DNA of 57,530 nt from Batkoa obscura (GCA_030770535.1 JASVEC010000102.1:1-57530), one strand, 5' to 3'. Positions 1 to 12,451 are shown, numbered from the stretch's first letter. Made by a program: numbers and translations. The notes: generated from the letters alone by a model not told the origin.

Positions 1-974
1 ATATTGATCTTCGGTTTAATTTGTTTAAAAGTAAATAAAGTATAAAATTGATTTATCTTCATTAAACAATGCTTTCTTTATATCCCTTTTTTTGCAGTCA
101 CAAATATCTAATTCACCCAATAATTAATTGAAACAATAACAAATCAATGCAATAAAATTTTAAAGCTGCTACAATTCCATTGTGTAACCTAGCTAACTGT
201 TCATTTAAGATTAAATTTTTGTCAAAGCTAGACTAAAATAAAGACTATGCGCACCAAAAAACTGAATAAACAAATAATTGACTCTCAAAATCACTGCAAA
301 CTAAGTCATAATAGAGCTACCACAGCCGTATAAAATAAAAAATTATAAATATTTACATGTAAATAAATAACTAGAGAAAACAAAGAAAATGAAAGTAAAT
401 CAACCTTTGAGATAAAACAAGTATAAAAAACCTCCTACAAATACTTCAAATTCAAACTCAAATTCAACTTATTATTATAAAAACATCTATGATTTTTGTA
501 TAACCTCTAAATAGATCCTAATACACCTTTATTCTTCTCACTTAATAGGATCTAAATATTCTCTTTCAAAGGGTAACAAACATCAAGATTATTCATAAAA
601 TTATCAAACAAACAGAATAAAAAAATGTCTTTATAAACTTAGATTAATTAGTCTTTCGTTTTTATTTTTACTTTTACTCTACTCATTACGAATATATCCA
701 ACATCCTTAATCCAACATCCTCAATCCAACTCAAATCATTTGGAAATTATAAACGCTAAAAACTAAAGCCCAAATCCTTTTTAATCACAATGAAATTTGA
801 TTTTACGAAACTATCCAGAGTATATTAATAGTACAACACAATTGTTTCTACAATTCTTTTAGCTGTTTAGTTAAAATAAATATATTATTGATATTAGACG
901 ATATAGATTCTTTATTTATTCCTCTAATAGTAATTTCTGGTTTTTCTCTATAATATTAAGGACTATCAACATAT

Positions 975-1071
975 GGGAGTGTTTTTTTTGACTTCATTAT
1001 TTTTTCCATTTTTTAAGCGCTATTTAAGCGGAAAATTTGTTAGTAAAATTCTTAAACATAAATATATCCCC
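975..1071. mobile_element. ~97 bp MITE
   Basis: GGGAGTGTTTTTTT...ATATCCCC, core TTAAGCGCTATTTAAGCGGAAAA, flanks ATAT/ATGT. Confidence 0.85.
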
Positions 1072-1610
1072 ATGTTATAATTGATTCAATATCATTCCAT
1101 TCTCTAATTGATTATAGGAACCTATATGATTTTGTTTTGTTTTTCAAATTTAAATTTTTTAACGAAACGAAACTCGCATGGTGACATTGTCATAACTGTT
1201 TGAACAGATCTCTATTAACCAATAGTTTTGATTTTATACCTTTGGTTTTATAGTCACTCAGTAGCAACTCAGTGAATAAAGTATTGAGAGTAAGAACTAA
1301 TTTAGTACAAACATGAATTAAAAAATTCTTAGTAAGAAATTGCTCAATTTTTAAGCTTAAATGTAATTAGAAACATTAACTTTATAATGTTATTTAAGTA
1401 TTTCAAATCATTCTATTTAATACAATATAGCTTTTTAATCAATCTAGTATTTAATCATAGGTATCATTTTCATTAATATTTTTTAAGTTTTTGTAAAAGC
1501 ATTTGTTTTAGTAATTTATATTGAAAAACTATCATAATTCATAATGAATATAAAAATAAAAAGACCAGAAATTCAAAGTTTCAATTTTATTCTATTCTAA
1601 AAAACCAGTC

Positions 1611-2528
1611 TTAAGGTTTAGCAACAATATAATAAGTAGTACCAAAATGGAATCTACTTACTGATTGAACATCCAACTTTGCCGCTTCACAAAGTTTTAA
1701 AATATCTCGATTCCACCAACAACCCCATTTGTTAGCATGGTCCTCCGCATGTTGATTCAATAATTTATTTAAAAACTCTAATTTACCAACCCCATGTTGT
1801 AATAAAATGATTTTACCCCCATCTTTGTTACAAACTCTTTTCATTTCTTTAATGGCTTTAATAGGATCTTTATAACTACATAACCCAAACGTATCAATTA
1901 CCGTATCAAACTCATTCTCCTTAAATTCTTTCAAATGTTCACTATCTCCTCGATAAAACCTTATCCTTTTTCCTAATTTAATATATTCTTTAACTAAACT
2001 TTTAGTATAAGGATTGTTTTCACTTTGTTGTAACATTGAACCACTTTTATCTAACAAAGTTAAACTTGAAATTTCATTTTTTAGACCTATTGTATCATGA
2101 TAATATTTCATATTTCTACCTGTACCTACAGATAATTCAAGTACATTACCAGAAGCATTGGTTTTGATAACATAACGACGTAATAAATACAATCCCATAA
2201 CAAACTCGTCCCATTTGGTTTTCGAATCATAATCATTAGCTATACTATCATATGTTTTCGTCTTATCGGTTTGCTGTTCTAATAAATCGATAATTGTCTT
2301 GGGGTTTGGGACATCAGTAGTTGACTTGATTGTTTCTGTGGACTTGGAGGTAGATTGATTGTAAAATAAATGCAAAGAGATGAAATAGATACTTATTGTA
2401 CCTAATGCCAATGGTATAGCTATCGTTGATTTTTTTGCTGTTGGAGGTTGAGTTGTATAATTTAATTTCGTTAGTATTGTACATGGTTTAACATGTCGTA
2501 TATATGTTTTAATGTGATTGAATATCAT
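1611..2528 (-). CDS. OMS1: Mitochondrial SAM-dependent methyltransferase, OMS1-like (intronless)
   Basis: 305 aa ORF with basic N-terminus, one TM segment, SAM motif VLELSVGTGRN, FDTVIDTFGLCS, and C-terminal WGCWWNRDI...RFHFGTTY. Confidence 0.8.
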   Translation of the reverse strand: MIFNHIKTYIRHVKPCTILTKLNYTTQPPTAKKSTIAIPLALGTISIYFISLHLFYNQSTSKSTETIKSTTDVPNPKTIIDLLEQQTDKTKTYDSIANDYDSKTKWDEFVMGLYLLRRYVIKTNASGNVLELSVGTGRNMKYYHDTIGLKNEISSLTLLDKSGSMLQQSENNPYTKSLVKEYIKLGKRIRFYRGDSEHLKEFKENEFDTVIDTFGLCSYKDPIKAIKEMKRVCNKDGGKIILLQHGVGKLEFLNKLLNQHAEDHANKWGCWWNRDILKLCEAAKLDVQSVSRFHFGTTYYIVAKP

Positions 2529-2660
2529 AGCTAATTTTTTTAAAATTTAAAAACGTAAAGTTGATAATGATGAATTTTGGATTTACAAATTAAAAAAATA
2601 ATTTGAAATTTCTGTCAACTTTTGTTCTTTAGTAAATTTAATATGAAATGAATTCAGAGA

Positions 2661-3936
2661 ATGGGAGTAAATGAAGGTGTTAAATTAACTAGAAAAGAGT
2701 ATAGGCGATTAAAAAAATATGATAAAAGGAAAAAAAAACGCCAAGATAAAGCCATTCAGTTATTGAGAGAGAAGACAGCAAATGATAAAGCGGGAAATGC
2801 CAAGGATAACGAAGTAAATAGACAAGAAGGTAATTTTATAACTAGTTAATTAATAATAATTAACGTAACATTAGAAATAGACAGGTAATAAAAAACAATT
2901 CAAATAAAAGATTAAAAATAATGACAAATCATTTAGTACTTATTTTTTAACCCATAAAGAATGGAAAATTAGAGATACTGAAAGAAAGGAGATAGAAGCT
3001 AGAATCGAATCTAAACAACAGAATTTAAAAAATAAACTATCAAAGTTATTAGGGAAGGAAACAACTATTAATGACAAAAACCATACCCTAAAGAAACACA
3101 AAAGTAATAATAATAAAGATCAAGAAGATAATAACAAACTTAACAAACTTAACAAACTTAACAAACAAATAATTGAGCTGGAAACTCATAATAAAGGGTT
3201 GATGGTAACTTTTTAAAATATATAATTAATAAAGTAATGATAGAATAAATAGAATAATAAAAAACAATCAGAACAACAAAGCTGTATAACGTATAATAAA
3301 TTAGGAATCTGTATTTTAGGTCCAAATTGTTATTATTTACATACTACAATTACTGAAGGTCATGTTATTATTATACCAAACTGGTTTCAATTTGATTATT
3401 TTAATAAGTCAAAAAAAGAAATGGTAATTATATTTAATTTTAATTACATCCAAGTATATTAATTTAAGCTTTATTGAAAATTTAATATTAGAAGGAAAGG
3501 AATTTTAATACAATTAAAGAAGCTAACATATTTTTCAAATTGAATCTGAAATGGTTGGGAAGGTTAGGAGCAATTAAGGATTTGAAAGTAAGATTTACTT
3601 GAAACCTACCTAATGTTTATTAACTTAATCTGATAATAGATTTCTTATCATCCCAAGCTTGAATTTTCGGGCCATGTATACATAGAATATGCTACTATAA
3701 CGGATGCCAAATATAGTCTAAATGAACTTAAATTTAAAAAATCAGATAATTTTCAGTTTTTACCTAGATTTTTATCGATTAGAAGTTTAAATCTAGTACT
3801 ATGTGGTAATTTTTATATAATGTATTGTGTTTCCATATATAAACTATAACATTTTATCTTAGAACATCAGTTGAAATATAATCAATGTCAATTAATTAAT
3901 AACTGTAATCAATTACACTGGTTAAATGAATTATAA
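2661..3936 (+). CDS. ZRSR2: U2AF35-related splicing factor (ZRSR2/URP-like): charged N-terminus, CCCH-UHM/RRM-CCCH; multi-exon
   Basis: N-terminus RKEYRRLKKYDKRKKKRQ resembles ZRSR2 HKKYRAALKKEKRKKRRQ; HKEWKIRD; finger 1 C-ITYNKLGI-C-ILGPN-C-YYL-H from 3283; RNP1-like SGHVYIEY; finger 2 C-EHQLKYNQ-C-QLINN-C-NQL-H across an intron; stop at 3934-3936. Confidence 0.8.
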
Positions 3937-4410
3937 GTTAAATTCTTAGCTGAGTATGTTTTCAAAGTATTGAAGACAATTGAAGGTCCTATTAGACAAC
4001 TGTAGTTAGTAATTAATACTGTGTTCTTATAAATAAAAAAGAACGTTTATCTATTTTATAAGTATTTAACAATTTTGTGACATAACTTTGATTTGGTTAG
4101 CTAGTAAACTAAATAACACTAGAACATTCAACTGTAGTGGTAAAATTTTAATAATAGTAATTATTCAGTACTACTACTCTTTAAAAATTAAATAAAGTCA
4201 TCCTCAGATTTTGATTCATTACTGAATAAACTTCATAAATAAAATTTGGTTTCTTAAATCATTACAAATTTATAATTGTCTGTTGATTTACTAATTTCTT
4301 CTTGTTTTAAACTATATTTCAAATTTTCTCTTGACATTGCTCCTTTTTAAAATTATCTACCTTCTTTCACTAATGTTGACTCTAAGTTAGTCAGTATTAT
4401 TATTTAATCG
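3922..4410 (-). pseudogene. Decayed 3' fragment of a tandem paralog of the CMTR1-like gene
   Basis: Collinear similarity to 5160-5860, e.g. 3953 TATGTTTTCAAAGTATTGAAGACAATTGAAGG vs 5192 TATGTCTTTAAAGTATTGAAATCAATTAAAGG, and ~4150-4330 vs ~5410-5570; stops present; ends just before a transposon-like terminus at 4429. Confidence 0.7.
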
Positions 4411-4428
4411 TATATTTAATCACTATAT

Positions 4429-4688
4429 GGGGACGTCTAAATTAGTTTCATTTAGCTAGCTAATAAAATAAAATAAATAATGATATTAGATTTTTAATAT
4501 GATTATATTATTTTTATATTAAAACTACTTAATATTCCTATTTTTTTAAAATTAATTAAAATTTAAATCATTATTAAATAGACCAAGTAAACTATTTTAA
4601 TTAAGTTATGATTTTTTTTGACTTCACTTTTTCCATCTTTTAAGTGCTATTTAAGCGGAGAAATAATGAAATTAAAAAAAACATGCCC
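4429..4688. mobile_element. Degenerate Sola2-like terminus plus MITE remnant
   Basis: ATAT-GGGGACGTCTAAATTAGTTTCATT matches the family TIR; ends in MITE-like AAAAAAACATGCCC-ATAT. Confidence 0.5.
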
Positions 4689-5160
4689 ATATTATAACTT
4701 ACGATATACTAAAAATCCCTTTACAAATTTTTTTAATACCAAACTTTAATATTATATTATTAAATAATAATTTTTGTTTTAAATTTTAGCAAAAAAAAAT
4801 GAAATAACTAATAGTAAAACAATATTGATTCTTTTATTATACTAATCTTATTTTCAACCTTATTTTTTTATTTAATAACATTTTTTGAATCTCTACTTTA
4901 GCTTTTCTACCTTAATAAATTAACTTTTTACTGATTTTTCAACTTTTTATCTACATTTTTTATTATAATACATAATCTTTTAGAACTTTTTTTATCAACT
5001 TTGAGCACTTTTTAATTTCCTTAAAACTTTATAGGTCTTTTAAGAGCATATGTTTTTGCTTTTTTCCTTTTATTTAAAACATCACTTACAATATAATTAA
5101 TATCAATTACTTAATGGTTGTAGTCAGCTACATTGGCCAAATGAAATTTAAATTAAGTTT

Positions 5161-7070
5161 TTAATTCTCAATTTCAAATTCATAACCTGCATATGTCTTT
5201 AAAGTATTGAAATCAATTAAAGGGGCTACTGGGTGACTAAACTCATAATCAATATTGTTGTTTTTGAATAAAATAAATAAAACAACTCACCCTTTTTGTA
5301 AACATTTAATAATTTTATGGTGTGCTTCGATTTGATTAGCTAACAAACTAAAAAATCATGTGTTAAATCCATATTGTAATCCCATTATCTTAATAACAAA
5401 AGTTACCTAGTATTGCTATTCTTTAAAAATTTAATAAATGACAGGTCAAACTTTAATTCATTGTTAAATAAACTCGGTAAATAACCTTTAGTTTCTTGAG
5501 ATATCATGGATTTATAATATTCTATCAGCTTGTTGGTTTCATCTTGTTTTAAATTGTATTTTAAATTTTGACATATTAAATATCTATTATCATTATATTA
5601 TGTCACTATTGTTATTATTATCAAACTTACTTTTCAGCCAAAATAGGATTAACGGTAGGTGGTTGAATTAAATAGACTTTATCAAATAACAAATAATTTA
5701 AGTATAAAATATCATGAGTAAATTTTGATAAAGTATTTGCTAACTTTAAAACATAAATGCCTCCTTCAACTAAAGTTAAACTCATAATTATTTGTCGTAA
5801 CAATACTCCTTTTTGATACTCCTTATCTCCTTCTAATAATGTTGGCTACAAACAAGTTAGTATTTGAATATTTGTTTATACTTATTATTATTTGTTTACC
5901 ATATCACAAAATATAAGATTAATCTTATTTTTCTCAAATTGATGTTGATTCATAGTTAATAAGTCATTTTTGAACGAATCAAAATCTATATAAAAATAGT
6001 TATTAACATAATCAATATAAAAATATTGTTGTAAAGTACCATTTTCATTGATATAATTTAAATAAAAATTGCTGTTGTTTTGCTTATTCTCTTCACTTAC
6101 TGCTTCTTTATTGTCTATAATAATCCCCTTCACTCCTCCTTTCCTCTTGTTCTTTAAAAATTCTGATTTGTTGTTAATTAAGTGTATTTGAAGCTAATAA
6201 AAGAACTACCATTAAGGACACCTGGATTAGAATTCAGTTCCAAAAAAGAAACATACTAGATAAAATTAGCATTCTAATTAAATATAAATACATGATTAAC
6301 TTACATCAAACTTGAAATCACTTAAAAAATGAACAGTACTTTCAATGTTAACTAATTCTAAGCTCAAATTGTGTTGGAAATACACCCCTTTTAAATTTAA
6401 ACAGGGGAAAATGGACTTCATTATTAATGTTCTTCCCTTACGTGGTAATTCATTTAGTTGTTTCTAGAAATAATTTATTGTTACTGATATTATTTGAATC
6501 TGCAGTGTTATCTTCTGATTACCTGTAAATCACGTAAATAATTCATCATTTTACCATCAAAGAAAGGCCCTTCAAATAATAAAAAATGCTATTTTTATAA
6601 TTTAAATGCTATTTTTTAACAAAGAGTATAAATAACTTTACTGGTGATAGATTGAAATCGATTATCTTTTCAAAACAATTTTGAATATCAGTATACTCTT
6701 TAACACTACTTTGGGTTGAAAAAAATACAGCTCTAAACAAGTTTTTATCATAGCTGTTTTTTTTATCAAATGTTCTAACTTCTTCTTTTAACTGTGATAC
6801 ATTCATTTTCATCCCTCTGTTTATATTATTATTTGGCAACAATATACTGTGGCTTTTTAACATTCTATCATTTTCTAATGGGTTTAGTGGGCCCCTTTTT
6901 TTATCTTTAAAATTACTTTGAGCTTTACGTTGCCTTGGCGAAAAATGAATGTTAGGTGCCGCTATACCGCTATCTAATGAGCATTCGACATATTCTTTCT
7001 CGTCTTTATTGTACTATTAGCTTATATTTTATAATTTAATTTTTGATTCATTACTTGTGTATGGCTCCAT
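5161..7070 (-). CDS. Divergent FtsJ/RrmJ-fold cap 2'-O-methyltransferase (CMTR1-like); multi-exon, boundaries approximate
   Basis: Spliced by hand: FLELNSNPGVLNEFL (cf. FADVCAGPGGFSEY), INLIFCDM-PTLLEG (catalytic D), LTLVEGGIYVLKLANTLSKFTHDILYLNYLLFDKVYLIQPPTVNPILAE (catalytic K and E region); ORFs 5888-6133 and 6609-6863 are exons. Confidence 0.6.
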
Positions 7071-7239
7071 AATTATCCTTTGTTTAATATTGCTAAAATA
7101 ATTCTTTACTTTATAACTCGCAGCTTCAGTTTAATTTCAAAATTAGCCAATAGATTCATAATTATTGTAATTTACTCTATTTACACAATTTGATTCTACG
7201 TTTTTGAATTTTATCCTTTATATCTAAAACCATTTTAAA

Positions 7240-9512
7240 ATGGTATCATTTTTAGAGAATGAAGTAGTATCCTCAAACATGCATCCAGTGACATATGAAA
7301 AAAAAAAAGGAAGATTATATTTTACTTCAGAAAGGATAGCATATGTATATGATGGAGAACAAGAATTTGCAGTTAGTATTGAACATGGTTCTATTGTTAA
7401 GCATTTAGCTACTAGTGATAACGCAAAAATTCCAAAGATTAAGATTGAAACAGATAGTACGACTAATAAGGAATTTGTTTTTTCTTTTGGCTATCAAAAC
7501 GGCGTTGACGATAAAAATATATTTAAACAATTGATTCAACAATATAGACTCAATAGAGAAAATAATGCTACAATGTTCAATAATAATAGCAATAATGCTT
7601 CTACGGATAATACTGGTGTAGATAACAATACTTTAAATCAGAAAAATGAAGATTCAACTATGAATCCTACAACTAACATACCATTGAACAAAGAAAGACA
7701 AGATGGAGTCACTGGTATTGATTCTATGGAGTTAAGGATTCGAGCCTCAATCTTATCAAAAAATAATAATTTAGCCAAGTTACATCAGAAATTAGTCTTG
7801 ACGGGTATAATTTCTGAAGAAGAATTTTGGGAAAATAGAAAAGTAACCAACATTGTTAAGAATTGAAGGAACACTATTTATAAATGTATCTTATTTTTAG
7901 GTTTTATTAAATAACCAGCAGATTCAATTAAATCAGAGTAAAGCTCAGAGTTCAGCCTGGTTAGATTTGAAACCTAATGCTCAGGACGGAAACGAAATTA
8001 AATACACTATCACTCCTGATATTATTAATGAAATATTTTTAGTTTATCCCTCAGGTAAATTAATATATAACTATTATTCTATAGTATATATGATATTTAA
8101 TAACTATTAGTCAAAAGCGCATATGAAGAAAATGTACCAGATAAAGTAAAATTTTATGAGATTGATTTAGATATTAAAATACTAATTTATATCAGATTAA
8201 TGAAATTGATTTTTGGAAACGATTTTTTGCTTCAAAATATTTCCATAGAAATCGTTCAAATACTAGAATTAATTTGGATCTAGATGATCCTATTTTTGAT
8301 CCTTTATTAGATCAAGATGATCAAGGTAAAATATTGATATAATAACAATATAAAAATAATATGTAAATATGATACAATATTAATATTATTAATATAATAA
8401 TAGAGGCGGAATCTTTAGCTAAAAAATTCAAAAGTGATAGCATACTAAAAAGTATTGATTTAAATGCGAATGAAGCAGATCATGAAGAAGTAAGTAATAA
8501 TAATAACATAGCCACTCGTAATATAATATTTATTATTATTAGTTTGGTAATCAACCAGATCAGACCATGATACCAGGACGTACCAAAAATGCATTATCTT
8601 TGATCCGAAGGTTTAATTTCCATTCTAATCAAATTCTAAATAATGCAAAGTAATTCAATTATTAGTTATAATAATAGTATATTAATATTTATTTGATAGG
8701 AACAATAACACAACTACAACTAATAATGAAGTAAGAGTTGTTTTATTACTATATATATATATTCATTGCTTTTTAGGATATTATTAAAAAAGAGTTAATA
8801 ATTGAAGATTTAAATAAACAAAAGCAAATTAATAGTATTCCACTTCAACTTAGAGATAACAACAATATTTTGAATATCAGCAATAATACGAAAGAGGAAA
8901 TAAAGGAAGAAAACAATGAGGTAGATATCATACTAATTCACCTAGATATATAGTTTTAATTTTTTATTATAGGATTACAACAAGGTTGTTGAAAAGTTTA
9001 AAAAGGATTATCAACAATTAGATTTGAATTTGTGTAATGTAAGCATGTTCAATTATTATTATATATTAATGTATCTTTACTGTTATTATTTAATAGAATA
9101 AAACGCATACTAAATTAGCTAGTGATGCCAACATTAAATTTAGTGAAATTATTCAAAACAATAGACAAAGTAAAGAAAACCCGAAGAATATATTGGATAG
9201 CAGCAAGTTAAATGAATTGAAAACTTTTCATTTAATTGGAGTTGAATTGTTAACTCAATACTGGTCAACAGTCAATCAAAATACCAATGACTTGGAGAAA
9301 GAAAAACGAATGATTGAAGCACTAAATAAAGTTAGAAGAGATATTATTGAAGTTGTTAGAACACAACAAAAAATTGACAAAATGACATTTAAACTATCAA
9401 AATTAGTAAGAGATTAGCTATAATTGCCCATGATTTTGTATTTACTTTTATTTTATAGTATATGAGTTCTTTGATAAGAGCTATTGATTTCGTGATTCAA
9501 AAGCAAGCTTAA
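7240..9512 (+). CDS. TFB1: TFIIH subunit p62/Tfb1 (PH plus two BSD domains), ~11 exons
   Basis: N-terminal PH domain, LHQKLVLTGIISEEEFWENRK, AYEENVPDK, EIDFWKRFFASKYFH, LIRRFNFHS; last exon YMSSLIRAIDFVIQKQA* with stop at 9510-9512. Confidence 0.9.
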
Positions 9513-10289
9513 AAACTTTCTTCTTCATTAAAAAAATAAGCATACAATAATATGGAAGCATAAATTAGCAATCCTCCGCTTATTGATAAGGTTGCAGCCA
9601 TTGGCTCTATCTTTAATAAAAATTAAATTATTAGTGTTATATTGTATTATGTTGTATTATTGTTTACTAAATTTGAATGACTTAATACTAATGGTAAACC
9701 TAGAAAAATTAAAAAAGTTAATAATTTATGATATATAGCAATAAGTAAGGTATACCGAATCCAGAAACAACAAATACTGAAGTTAAAAATTTACCAGCAT
9801 CCGAGAATCCACTATAATGATATTGAATAAAATAAATAAAAGATGTAAGGTTATTAAGACTTACTTATTACTGTTGTCAGATAAAATGTCCTCATTCATA
9901 TTGGAACACCTTTGACATAATGGGTTTGGTATAGCAGCAAATAAATAAATAAACACTAAGAAATTCAGATTAATATTTTATTGGATTAATAAATTTAATT
10001 TCTTACCTACTATTAATGGTAACCAATTTCTAGAATGATTAAGGTTGTTATTTAGTTAGAAAGTTTACAGTTTAAATGTTATAGTTACCCATACAAAGCA
10101 CAGGCTAAAATTGATAATAAAAATCCAACGGCTAATACAAACGCTAAGCTTACGATTCTAATTTTATTTTTGTTAAAATCAAATTATTGTTGATATCATT
10201 ATAATTATTGTTACGCTATAAAAAAACCCATATTAAATAAATCCTAATTTATATTACAATATTCACTATTTACTTTTCAATCCTGCCAT
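9509..10289 (-). CDS. VPS55: Vacuolar protein sorting 55 (LEPROT/OB-RGRP family), 8 exons including a probable 1-nt exon at 10215
   Basis: Spliced: MAGLKTIVSLAFVLAVGFLLSILACALYGNWLPLIVVFIYLFAAIPNPLC...DAGKFLTSVFVVSGFGLPLVLSHSNLIEPMAATLSISGGLLIY...EEESF*; missed by the ORF track. Confidence 0.9.
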
Positions 10290-11049
10290 CCTTCTCTTTT
10301 ACTTATTCGCTAATATTAAAAATAAACTCTCTTTTTTACTCAAATTGAGTATTTAATTTCTTGTCATAAGCAAACAGCAAATTCATTGGTCTATATTGAC
10401 GTCATTGGACGCCATCAATTGAAGCATGAGTTTTACTTTATATAATTGTTGAAAATTAATTGAATATCAGTATAAATCAAATGTTTGTATTTGTCATATA
10501 GAAAAGACGGGTAATAATATAGGGCTTTCCCATATGATGCCTGATTTCTTGTAGCTTTTAGATGGTGAAGGCAGATGATTCCAATAGTGGATTTTATTTT
10601 TTGCAAAGCGGCTAATAATCTTTAAATTATATTTCAATTGAAAAATATCAATAATTACAGCTATATAGCTGTTAAGTTTAATTGCATGCTGCTCAAGTTT
10701 TCATTTAACAAAACCTCACATTTTAAATTGTAATTATAGCGATAATTCAATTTTTTATTAATAAATTATTGTCAAATAGTTCTTTCTTTTACTTATAAAT
10801 TATAACTCTCATTTCAAGTAGTAAAAAAATTTAAGTTATACTTTTTACCCCAACAAGCAACGCTATTTTTTTTCAAAAATTGGATATAATATATAGAAAA
10901 GCTTTACAAATCATATTATAAAAAGGTACTAGATTTTAAATGAAGAATGTATCTATGTTAGATAAAAAAGCTTGGTGCCTTTTACATATTAAGCAAATTT
11001 CAAAACAAAAAGCATTAGTCATAAAGAGCTTATATATCACATAAAACAT

Positions 11050-11147
11050 GGGAGTGTTTTTTTCGACTTCATTATTTTTTCCATTTTTTAAGCACTATTT
11101 AAGCGGAAAATTTGTTAGCAGATTCTTAAACACAAAAACATATCCCC
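11050..11147. mobile_element. MITE
   Basis: Family termini and core; TSD ACAT/ACAT. Confidence 0.9.
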
Positions 11148-11395
11148 ACATGTTATTTAAAAAAAATTATAAATAGCAAAAATTAGTTTATTTTTTAATA
11201 CTAATTTTGAATATTATAATTATTTTAATATAAACATATAAAAGCAATACTTGACATATAAACTATTACAACATTAATAATGCAATTAAGAAACAAGTGC
11301 TTTTTAACTATTGAAAAACAAATATTTCAAATTAAATGTTAAAACATTAGAATAGTTTTTAAAAAGATAAACAAAAATTAAGCCAAAAACAATAT

Positions 11396-11493
11396 GGGAA
11401 TGTTTTTTTGGCTTCATTACTTTTTCCATCTTTTAAGCGCTATTTGAGTGGAAAAATTATTAGCAAAATCCTTAAACACAAAAATACATCCCC
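11396..11493. mobile_element. MITE
   Basis: TSD ATAT/ATAT. Confidence 0.9.
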
Positions 11494-11665
11494 ATATAGT
11501 ATAAAAAGCTATATATGTAACAATTTTAATTTATTCTAAATTAAATAAAATTTGAGTTTTTATTTATTTAGTTTGTATACTAGTTGTTTAGAACTGTATA
11601 ATTATATTATTCTATTTTACAAATACATTTATATATATTTGTAAAGTTTTCAATAAAACGACAGG

Positions 11666-11738
11666 GGGGAACTAGCTCAGATGGTAGAGCGCTCGCTTAG
11701 CATGCGAGAGGCACCGGGATCGATGCCCGGGTTCTCCA
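11666..11738 (+). tRNA. tRNA-Ala(AGC)
   Basis: Cloverleaf GGGGAAC/GTTCTCC with G3:U70; anticodon arm CTCGC-TTAGCAT-GCGAG. Confidence 0.95.
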
Positions 11739-11885
11739 TCTTATACTCTAATAAGGGATACATGCATTAAAAATATTTTACTATATCTGAATTGGTCTCA
11801 TTTTTTTATTAAATTTAATAGACTCTCAAATTAGCAAGGACTTTACTAATACAACTTATATATTAATTAAAGTTGTAATATATAT

Positions 11886-11971
11886 GAGGGTGTTTTTTTG
11901 GCTTCATTACTTTTTCCATCTTTTAAGTACTATTTGAGCAGTAAAATTGTTAAACGCAAAAAAGCATCCCC
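11886..11971. mobile_element. MITE (small internal deletion)
   Basis: TSD ATAT/ATAT. Confidence 0.85.
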
Positions 11972-12451
11972 ATATATATATTTATCAATAAAGTTTTGTT
12001 AATAGTTAAAGCTAAATACCCAGAAATTAAACCAAATATATTTAGATAAATTTTAGCAAAATAATTATAAATACTATATAATTTAAATTCATTAATTCAA
12101 TATTATTATAGATTTGTTTTAAAAAGCTGATTTTTTCATTTAAGAATTTTATTAGCAGTTTTTCTATTATTTGAATGGAAAAAGTGATGAAACTAAAACA
12201 CCCCTATATATTCAAATAATTACAAGCTATTTTTTATTTTAATTGACACTTTTTTAGAAACTGTAATTGTTTTATAATAAATAACATTTACCATCATAAC
12301 TTGGTCTTGTCATTATAAAAACTTTATAAAATTCAGACATTTTAAGCAAAAAAGCCATTAATTTTTAAAATAATATTTAGTTAATAAAAGCTCAAATATT
12401 ATTCTTAGGCTGGATAGGTATATTTGTTTAATAACTCAAGTAAAAAAAGCA

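Noticed and set aside
6160..6222. GTGTCCTT as a U12-like donor in the CMTR1-like gene (also GTATACCTT in Vps55 near 9755)
   Set aside because: Neither matches GTATCCTT; a U2 donor GTAGTT gives the better protein alignment, and no TCCTTAAC branch site is present
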